A stretch of DNA of 64,000 bases, taken from positions 1,664,001 to 1,728,000 of the forward strand of contig OY762964.1 in assembly GCA_963667035.1 (NCBI GenBank), given 5' to 3'. The notes beneath the pieces are model-generated. The model worked only from the letters and a program-made list of their open reading frames with translations, was not told where the DNA came from and did not search any database. Of the stretch, positions 56,684-64,000 are shown piece after piece; position 1 is the stretch's first letter; each line of letters opens with the position of its first letter. Both the position numbers and the translations under genes were made by a program. Source of the stretch: Candidatus Cloacimonadales bacterium. Lineage in GTDB: Bacteria; Cloacimonadota; Cloacimonadia; Cloacimonadales; JAFGVF01.

Positions 56684-56772
56684 TTTCCCTTGCTCCGCTC
56701 TTGTCTCACTCTTGGGTCTCCCTTGCAAAGCAAGGGAGACCCAAGGGAAACTTACCAGTTAATCTAGGGAAA
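56684..56772. repeat. Palindromic array with 11-bp period
   Basis: CTTG at 56689, 56700, 56711, 56722; CAAG at 56731, 56742 and CTAG at 56764; perfect 16-bp stem 56711-56726/56730-56745. Confidence 0.85.
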
Positions 56773-56852
56773 AGTTATCATTTTTTCATAATAACATTGA
56801 CTTCTTACAGAACAAATATGTTATCATAGCATATCAAAATCCGGAGAGTAAT

Positions 56853-57551
56853 ATGAGTGTTTCAGAAGTTAAGAAAGCTTTACTACAAAGAGCAAACAAA
56901 CATAGAATAGAAGCATTAGGGAAATTCTACAAAACGTATAAGGGTGGTTATGGTGAGGGCGACGCCTTTATCGGTGTATCACATACTCCTCAGAGAGAGA
57001 TTGCTAAACAGTTCTCAAAGATATCACTAAAGGAAGTGGAAGAATTGTTACAAGAGCCGATTCATGAGTATAGATCAGTAGCCCTTCAGATAATGGTGAA
57101 GAGATACAAACCTAAGCGTTCAACCGAAAAAGAGCAGGTAATCGACATGTATTTAAGGAACATTGACTATGTTAACAATTGGGATTTAGTTGATATGAGT
57201 GCTCCTCATTTACTGGGAGTTCATTTATGGGGAAACGACGACAGTCTACTTGTTGATTTAGCTCATCATGAAAATATATGGCATCAAAGAATTGCAATAG
57301 TAGCTACGCAATATTTCATAAAACAAGGAGATTATGAATCAACATTCAAAATTGCTAAGATTCTATTAAATACACCAGAGGATATAATACAAAAAGCTGT
57401 TGGCTGGATGTTAAAAGAGATTGGTAAGAAAGAGCAAGATGCACTCACTCCATTTTTGGATAAACATTATAAGGACATGCCACGTACAATATTACGATAT
57501 TCGTTGGAAAAAGTAGATTCAGACATGAGAAAATACTACATGAAAAAGTAA
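56853..57551 (+). CDS. DNA alkylation repair protein (AlkD-like)
   Basis: GYGEGD.F.GV, NNWDLVD, KAVGWMLKE.GK, MPRT.LRY. Confidence 0.9.
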   Translation: MSVSEVKKALLQRANKHRIEALGKFYKTYKGGYGEGDAFIGVSHTPQREIAKQFSKISLKEVEELLQEPIHEYRSVALQIMVKRYKPKRSTEKEQVIDMYLRNIDYVNNWDLVDMSAPHLLGVHLWGNDDSLLVDLAHHENIWHQRIAIVATQYFIKQGDYESTFKIAKILLNTPEDIIQKAVGWMLKEIGKKEQDALTPFLDKHYKDMPRTILRYSLEKVDSDMRKYYMKK

Positions 57552-57626
57552 TGTAGAAGGGATAATATAAATTGACTATCCATCAATATTAACATAATCT
57601 TGTTTCAATTACTGGAGGTTTATAAA

Positions 57627-58041
57627 ATGAAAAAACTTATCAAATTAGTTTCGATTCTTATTGTTGTTTCACTTCTAAGTGGTTGTTTTGGAAACTTTGC
57701 TTTAACAAAGAAAGTTTATCAATGGAATGATACAGCTTCCGATAACAAGTTTGTTGAGCAAGTTCTTTTCTGGGGAATGTGCTTTATCCCTGTTTACAGT
57801 GTTGCAGGTTTTATTGATGCATGCTTCCTTAACTTAATTGAATTCTGGACCGACACCAATCCTTTGGCATACAATGAACTTGGATGAAACTAATAACAAT
57901 TCATTTGAATTGGTTTACAATGAAGAAACTTCTAAACTTGAATTGAGTAACGCAGAAGGTACTAAGGTTATCGGTTATTATAGTGACAATGCATTAAACC
58001 TGATAAATCCTGACGGAACAATCAAATCAATAAACATGTAA
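57627..58041 (+). pseudogene. DUF3332-like lipoprotein, apparently frameshifted
   Basis: Lipobox LSGC, GNFALT, N.IEFWT..NPLA; TGA at 57885-57887 while an overlapping frame continues to 58041. Confidence 0.6.
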
Positions 58042-58106
58042 GCTATTTGTTTACGAGATAGAATGTGCTTCTTCTTTACGGGGAAGCACTTATTTTTGGA
58101 GATGAA

Positions 58107-58877
58107 ATGAGTGATTACTATGTAGTGGAAGTTACTAAAGAGAATTTATCGAAGCATAAAGATGTGATTTGTTTTATAAATCCAAAGCATCCTTCCTATC
58201 CCTCTAAGATAGAATGGATTAAACAACAGATGAATAACGGTTTAGTCATTAAACTTTTATATAAAGAGGGTGTAAAAAAGGCTGTCGGATATATTGAGTA
58301 CATCCCCGGGAAATATAACTGGCGTTCTGTGAATGCCGATAACTATATGTTCATTCATTGTATCTTTATCAATGGGAAAAAACATCAGGGAAAAGGGTTG
58401 GGAAAGAGACTTCTTGAAGAATGTGAGAAAGACACTATTGAAAAAGGTTTTAATGGAATCGCTGTTTTGACTTCCGAAGACTCTTTCATGGCTACTAAGC
58501 AGTTATTTCTGAAGACCGGATACGAGATTGTTAGCAATGCTAAACCAAAGTATACATTATTAATTAAGAAATTCTCTGATATGCCTAATCCATCAATTAA
58601 TGACAACTCAGATAAACTTAAAGCTATAAAAGGATTACATTTATTCTACAGTAAACAGTGTCCTTGGGTAGCAAGATTTGCCTTAGAAGTAGGAGAAGTT
58701 ATAAAAGATTGGAATATAGAGTTAGATATTCATGAAATAACCAATCCTATAGATGCACAAAACTCATTTTCTCCATATAGCGTTTTTACATTAGTTAATA
58801 ATGGTAAAATCTTATCAGAGCATTATATATCATTTACAAGACTAAGGAATATACTTAAAAAAGAGAAACTAATATGA
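58107..58877 (+). CDS. GNAT acetyltransferase with YoaP-like C-terminus
   Basis: IEYIPG, QGKGLGKRL, QCPW; ATG 58107 with GGAG RBS. Confidence 0.85.
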   Translation: MSDYYVVEVTKENLSKHKDVICFINPKHPSYPSKIEWIKQQMNNGLVIKLLYKEGVKKAVGYIEYIPGKYNWRSVNADNYMFIHCIFINGKKHQGKGLGKRLLEECEKDTIEKGFNGIAVLTSEDSFMATKQLFLKTGYEIVSNAKPKYTLLIKKFSDMPNPSINDNSDKLKAIKGLHLFYSKQCPWVARFALEVGEVIKDWNIELDIHEITNPIDAQNSFSPYSVFTLVNNGKILSEHYISFTRLRNILKKEKLI

Positions 58878-58880
58878 TTC

Positions 58881-59855
58881 TCATCTCCCCTTTCCCGAAT
58901 CGGTAATTGTAATCATCTCTTCCGGATAAGGAGCAAAAAACCTTTGATTAAGGATATACTGATTATCAAATCTTTTTGCGTAAGAATACAAAAGATATCT
59001 TAATACGGAAAGAGGTATTCGCCCTCTTTTGTATTGATCGATTAAATCTAGAAAGAGTTCTTTTTCAGGTTGACTAAGATGTTTAGAGAAATAACCGAAT
59101 ATGTGCTGAATCGTATTTATTATCTTTCCTGGAGTTGGAGTTACATGAAGTAATTCGAATAACACATCCTCATAATCCTTTACTGCCTGTTCGAAACTCA
59201 ACTTATTGTTTGCAGATACTATATTCCCCAATCTACTCAAATGCTCAGGACTTAAACTCATGAATAGATACTTGTAATCTGATTGAAATTTAACTAATTC
59301 TTTGTATTTGCCTGAATTAACAACCATTCTCCAATGTGCCAGTGTAAAGATACCTGTTAAGAAATTCTCTCGGATATTAAAATTTGTTAATCTACCTTCA
59401 TCTTCAAACAATGAATTTGGAAAGCTCTTCTTCATCTCTTCTGCAAAGAATCCAACTGATCTATCATCTTTAATCATGACTTTACCTTCAGAAGGATACA
59501 CTTTTACATCCTTTATTCCACATGAAGGAGAACGACTCTTAAGTATAAATCCGTCAACATCAAACAATTGTTCAGCAATGTTGTGAGAATACTCTCTCAT
59601 TTCGGTAGTGTAGATATCCCCGCTGTAAGATGTGATTAAAGAATAGTCTTTGTTATCCTTAGGTCTAATGATTCTTAGAGCTTCTCTTGGTGTAGGTAAA
59701 CCTATCTCTGATTCCGGACAAAAAGTGATGATATTGGCGTAATCTTTCAGCAATTCCACAGTACCTGATGAAAGAACTGAACCATCAAATCTACAATTAC
59801 TGAAACCCAGACATTTACTTACAACAATCTTCGGAGAATAATAGTTGAATTCCAT
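58881..59855 (-). CDS. DUF523 (TudS)-DUF1722 fusion, YbgA/RudS-like
   Basis: SKCLG...CRFDG, CPE...GLPTPR, KSRSPSCG, EDEGRL, HIFGYF, PYP. Confidence 0.9.
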   Translation of the reverse strand: MEFNYYSPKIVVSKCLGFSNCRFDGSVLSSGTVELLKDYANIITFCPESEIGLPTPREALRIIRPKDNKDYSLITSYSGDIYTTEMREYSHNIAEQLFDVDGFILKSRSPSCGIKDVKVYPSEGKVMIKDDRSVGFFAEEMKKSFPNSLFEDEGRLTNFNIRENFLTGIFTLAHWRMVVNSGKYKELVKFQSDYKYLFMSLSPEHLSRLGNIVSANNKLSFEQAVKDYEDVLFELLHVTPTPGKIINTIQHIFGYFSKHLSQPEKELFLDLIDQYKRGRIPLSVLRYLLYSYAKRFDNQYILNQRFFAPYPEEMITITDSGKGR

Positions 59856-60006
59856 AAATATAATACCTCTTCTTGAGAAATTAAGCTATTATATATATCA
59901 AGCAAGTAATTTATTGCCTTCTATCTTGACAGATATTGGAATTTGCAAAAATGACTAACAGTGTTAACATATTTTCAATCAGAGAATTAACAACAAAGGA
60001 ATTATA

Positions 60007-60999
60007 ATGAAAAGAAAACATAAAGCCATTTCTCTTTTTTCAGGAGGATTGGATAGTGTTCTTGTAGTATTATTTATGCGTAAATTAGGATATGAAGTAA
60101 TCCCTGTATTCTTCGATACTCCATTCTTCTCATTGAGTAAGGCACAAGAATCAGCAGCTCAAGCAGGTATCGAAATTGAGGTGATGGATATTTCAGGTAT
60201 TCATCTGAATATGGTGAAGAATCCCAAATACGGTTATGGTAAAACAATGAATCCATGTATTGATTGCCATGCCCTAATGTTTAAATGTGCAGGAGAAGCA
60301 TTAACTAAATACGACGCTGATTTTGTAATTTCAGGTGAAGTATTAGGTCAGAGACCTATGTCTCAAAACCGCAACTCTTTGAATGCTGTTGCTAAAACAA
60401 GTGGAATAAAAGATTTGATTGTAAGACCTTTATCTCAGAAACTGCTCGATGATACTAAACCAATCCGTGAAGGTTGGGTTATCAAGGAAGAGATGCTAGA
60501 TATTCAAGGACGCACCAGAAAAAGGCAGATGGAGCTTGCAGTTGAATACGGACTGGAAAACTATCAAACTCCTGCCGGTGGATGTTTACTGACTGACGAG
60601 TCTTTCTCTAGATCATTGAAGGATCTTCTTGTGCATAATCAAATGAATGACTATCAAATAAGATTTATTACACTGGGAAGAAACTTCAGGCTGAGTGAAA
60701 AGACAAAGCTGATTATCGGTAGAACGCAAGAGGAGAATGAAAGACTCTCTAAAATAATTAGTAATGAATTGTTACTAAAAGTCGCAGATGTACCGGGTCC
60801 AATAGCAGTCACTATCAGTGATAACATAAATGTGAATCAAGAAGAGGTTGAGACAGCTGCAAGGATACTACTCTTTTATGTGAAAAAAGCAGGAAATAGA
60901 GCTATCATTAATTTTGGCTACGATAACGCTCTTGACAATGAAATCAAAGTTGATGCATTTAGTGAAAATGATATTGATAAATTTAGAATTAAAGGATAG
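60007..60999 (+). CDS. PP-loop tRNA sulfurtransferase-like protein (ThiI/MnmA-related, no THUMP)
   Basis: SGGLDS, NPCIDCH, GEVLGQRPMSQ, PAGGCLLTD. Confidence 0.82.
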   Translation: MKRKHKAISLFSGGLDSVLVVLFMRKLGYEVIPVFFDTPFFSLSKAQESAAQAGIEIEVMDISGIHLNMVKNPKYGYGKTMNPCIDCHALMFKCAGEALTKYDADFVISGEVLGQRPMSQNRNSLNAVAKTSGIKDLIVRPLSQKLLDDTKPIREGWVIKEEMLDIQGRTRKRQMELAVEYGLENYQTPAGGCLLTDESFSRSLKDLLVHNQMNDYQIRFITLGRNFRLSEKTKLIIGRTQEENERLSKIISNELLLKVADVPGPIAVTISDNINVNQEEVETAARILLFYVKKAGNRAIINFGYDNALDNEIKVDAFSENDIDKFRIKG

Positions 61000-61001
61000 A
61001 A

Positions 61002-61643
61002 ATGCTTAAATACAGTAGACATATTTTAATAGATTCCTTTGGCACTAATAGTTATCTTGTATGGGATGACGATTCAAAAGAAGCAATGCTTATTGATCCC
61101 GCAGCCCCGAATAGGAATCTCCTAGATTTGATAAAAAAGCAAAAATTAAGACTTAGCTACATTGTACTCACTCATGGTCATGCCGACCACTTGGGTGGTG
61201 TAGGTTACTTCTACGAAGAGTTAAAGCCAAAAGTTCTTATCCATGCTTTAGATGCTGCCATGCTACCAGATCCGGACTTAAATCTCAGTGTAATGATGGG
61301 GCAGTATGTAATTGCTCCGGAAGCGGATGTTAAGCTTAAGGATGGAGATACAATAACTCTCGGTAGTAAAGTTATTGAGGTTTTACACACTCCCGGACAT
61401 ACAAAGGGTGGAATTTGTTTAAAGCATGACAAGTTACTTTTCAGTGGAGATACTCTTTTTCAAATGGGAATAGGAAGAACTGACTTACCTGGAGGTTCTA
61501 TGGAAGCCTTAGGTAAATCTATCAAGAATAAGCTATTCTCCCTTGCAGAGGACACTATTGTATTACCCGGACATGGTGGGAAGACCACTATCGGCGATGA
61601 AGAAGTTGCTAACCCTTACTTAGGATTTGGAAAAAATATATAG
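61002..61643 (+). CDS. MBL-fold hydrolase (glyoxalase II-like)
   Basis: THGHADH, HTPGHT, SGDTLF, PGHG. Confidence 0.92.
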   Translation: MLKYSRHILIDSFGTNSYLVWDDDSKEAMLIDPAAPNRNLLDLIKKQKLRLSYIVLTHGHADHLGGVGYFYEELKPKVLIHALDAAMLPDPDLNLSVMMGQYVIAPEADVKLKDGDTITLGSKVIEVLHTPGHTKGGICLKHDKLLFSGDTLFQMGIGRTDLPGGSMEALGKSIKNKLFSLAEDTIVLPGHGGKTTIGDEEVANPYLGFGKNI

Positions 61644-61655
61644 ATAGAGGCAATA

Positions 61656-63194
61656 ATGACAAAACAGATGGTTCTTATTCTGGATTTTGGTTCTCAATAT
61701 ACTCAGCTTATAGCTAAGTCTATTAGAAAGCTTAGCGTTTATTGTGAGATAGTACCTTTTAATGTAAGCTTTGAAGAAGTTTTAGAGAAGTCCCCCAAAG
61801 CTATAGTTTTATCAGGCTCACCTTTTAGTGTTACTGCTGAAAATGCCCCAATCCCTGATAAAAGAATTCTTCAAATGGAACTTCCCATACTTGGAGTTTG
61901 CTATGGGATGCAGCTTTTGGCACATCTGAATGGAGCAAAAGTTACTAAATCTGAAAAGAAAGAGTATGGCTATGCTAAAATCAAAATCGAAGACCATAAT
62001 TCAATATTTAAAGGGCTCTCAGAAGAAGAAGAGATATGGATGAGTCATGGAGACGCATTAGAGCAATTACCAGAAGGATTCCATCGCATAGCTTACACAG
62101 GAAATTCTCCTTATGCGGCAATCGCTCATGAATCCAAACCTATCTTTGCTTTCCAATTCCATCCTGAAGTCGTTCATTCTGTGAATGGACTTGATATGCT
62201 TAGAAATTTCGTACTTAATATTGCTATGATTACTCCGGATTGGACTCCTGACTCATTTATTGACACTACTATCAAAGAGATAAGAGAGAAAGTTGGCTCT
62301 AACCAAGTAATATTAGGACTTAGCGGAGGAGTTGATTCTTCTGTAGCTGCAGCTCTGTTATATAAAGCCATTGGAGAGCAACTTATCCCTATCTTCGTTG
62401 ATACTGGATTACTTAGAAAGAATGAAGTCGAGGATGTCGAACAGATTTTTAGAGATGGTTTCGGATTAGAGCTTAACACGGTTAGAGCTGGAGATATTTT
62501 TCTTGGTAAGTTAAAAGGTGTCACAGATCCTGAACAAAAAAGAAAGATTATTGGCAATACCTTTATAGATATTTTTGATGCTGAAGCCAAAAAACACCCT
62601 AATGCAAAATTTCTGGCTCAGGGAACACTCTATCCTGACATCATAGAAAGTGTTTCTTTTAAAGGACCTTCTGCAACTATTAAATCGCATCATAATGTTG
62701 GTGGTCTACCTGAAAAGATGAATCTCCAACTAGTTGAACCTTTAAGAGAACTTTTTAAAGATGAAGTGAGAGCTGTTGGTAGAACAATAGGGCTGCCGGA
62801 GCATCTTGTAGCTCGCCATCCCTTCCCGGGCCCAGGCTTAGCAGTTAGGATCATTAGTGATATTACACCTGAGAAAGTACAACTTCTTCAGAATATTGAT
62901 CATATCTTCATCTCAGAGCTCTATTCAAACAATTTGTATAATGAAACTTGGCAGGCATTTGCAGTTCTTTTGCCTATTCAATCGGTTGGTGTAATGGGTG
63001 ATGAAAGAACCTATGAAAATGTATGTGCTTTACGTGCTGTAAACAGTTCAGACGGAATGACAGCAGATTGGACTGAGTTACCTTATGAATTCTTAAAAAG
63101 AGTATCAAACAGAATTATTAACGAAGTCGAAGGAGTAAATAGGGTTGTTTATGATATCAGCTCAAAACCGCCTGCAACAATTGAGTGGGAATAG
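61656..63194 (+). CDS. guaA: GMP synthase (glutamine-hydrolysing)
   Basis: LDFGSQY, GVCYGMQ, QFHPE, SGGVDS, KPPATIEWE. Confidence 0.98.
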   Translation: MTKQMVLILDFGSQYTQLIAKSIRKLSVYCEIVPFNVSFEEVLEKSPKAIVLSGSPFSVTAENAPIPDKRILQMELPILGVCYGMQLLAHLNGAKVTKSEKKEYGYAKIKIEDHNSIFKGLSEEEEIWMSHGDALEQLPEGFHRIAYTGNSPYAAIAHESKPIFAFQFHPEVVHSVNGLDMLRNFVLNIAMITPDWTPDSFIDTTIKEIREKVGSNQVILGLSGGVDSSVAAALLYKAIGEQLIPIFVDTGLLRKNEVEDVEQIFRDGFGLELNTVRAGDIFLGKLKGVTDPEQKRKIIGNTFIDIFDAEAKKHPNAKFLAQGTLYPDIIESVSFKGPSATIKSHHNVGGLPEKMNLQLVEPLRELFKDEVRAVGRTIGLPEHLVARHPFPGPGLAVRIISDITPEKVQLLQNIDHIFISELYSNNLYNETWQAFAVLLPIQSVGVMGDERTYENVCALRAVNSSDGMTADWTELPYEFLKRVSNRIINEVEGVNRVVYDISSKPPATIEWE

Positions 63195-63209
63195 TTAATC
63201 ATTAAATAG

Positions 63210-63240
63210 AAAAAGCCCGACAATCTGTCGGGCTTCTTTT
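63210..63240. terminator. bidirectional intrinsic terminator
   Basis: AAGCCCGACA/TGTCGGGCTT stem with A-run before and T-rich run after, between convergent genes. Confidence 0.8.
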
Positions 63241-63255
63241 ATTATTAACTAAACT

Positions 63256-63999
63256 TTAGTTTTTACTTGTTGAAGTAATATAGTTATCTACTTCTTTGAT
63301 ACTCTTCTTAATGCTTTCTTCACGCATAGGATCAGCATTCTTTAAAGCATCCTGATAATAAGATTTTGCTCTGTTAAACAAACCGATGGTTTTTTGTTGA
63401 GCATTATCTTTCTGAGTCTTTAGTTCATCAGCTTTTTTACCAACAGCATCAGCAAATGCTACTTCAATGTCTGTGAATCTATTATACTCATTTGTACCCT
63501 TCTGGAAATATATTTGAGCAAGAATCATGTAAGGAGCTACATTGTCAGGATTCATTTCTATAGCTTTGTTTGCTGCTTCTTCAGCTTTATTCAACTCATT
63601 CATACTGTTATATGTGTGGGCCATAGTAATATAAAGAATATCATTAGATGAATCAAGCTGTTCAAGGCTTTTTAAAATATCAATAGCCTTAGTGTAAAGC
63701 TCTTGAGTTAGCTCTTTGTCTCCATTGTCATCAGCTTCTCTTGCAGCAGAAAGATAAGCAGTATTAAGCTTGTAATAGAGATTGTAGTTATTAGGTTCAT
63801 TCTTCAAAATCTCTTCTTGGTGTTCAATTGATTTTAAAAGATTGCCTGTTTCTTTATATGCTCTGGCAAGATTCTTTCCTAACAGTTCGTTCTCAGGATA
63901 TGCTGATGCTGCAACTTCAAGAAAAGGTAAAGCACTTTCATAGTCGTCTTGGCTAACATAAAGCAGTCCTAATAGGAAGTTTGATTGACTATGATTCTG
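63256..63999 (-). CDS. tetratricopeptide-repeat protein (5' part outside window)
   Basis: Frame stays open from 63807 to the window end (QNHSQSNFLLGLLY...); TPR-like helices. Confidence 0.8.
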   Translation of the reverse strand, partial: QNHSQSNFLLGLLYVSQDDYESALPFLEVAASAYPENELLGKNLARAYKETGNLLKSIEHQEEILKNEPNNYNLYYKLNTAYLSAAREADDNGDKELTQELYTKAIDILKSLEQLDSSNDILYITMAHTYNSMNELNKAEEAANKAIEMNPDNVAPYMILAQIYFQKGTNEYNRFTDIEVAFADAVGKKADELKTQKDNAQQKTIGLFNRAKSYYQDALKNADPMREESIKKSIKEVDNYITSTSKN

Positions 64000-64000
64000 A

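Overview
AT-rich bacterial chromosomal window of mostly housekeeping and amino-acid-fermentation genes (dnaB, nadC, fusA, rpmE, prfA, ftcd, rnhB, pyrE, adk, Ktr, rluD, atoAD, guaA). The gene set, including a gingipain-like C25 protein with a FlgD-Ig/T9SS-type tail, suggests Cloacimonadota or a related FCB lineage (inference only). No rRNA, tRNA or CRISPR array was seen. Main points: (1) Two diverged IS1182-family elements each inserted at an intrinsic terminator and duplicated the whole 25-26 bp hairpin. They flank a stand-alone mitochondrial/spirochete-type EF-G1 in inverted orientation and share an abrupt 183-bp perfectly identical left end. (2) An IS481/IS1202-like element has GG...CC ends, a 17-bp target duplication, a transposase with no stop codon inside the element and a structured 319-bp leader. 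It sits beside a ~200-nt multibranch hairpin carrying two inverted DnaA boxes and an orphan copy of its own end. (3) Two intergenic palindromic arrays share an 11-bp phasing but have different core sequences. (4) A TudS-DUF1722 (RudS-like) thiouridine eraser lies head-to-head with a ThiI-like sulfurtransferase. (5) Several domain fusions occur (AroK-nucleoside kinase, PdxA-methyltransferase, DUF2007-PyrE). All protein calls come from motif recognition, not database searches.
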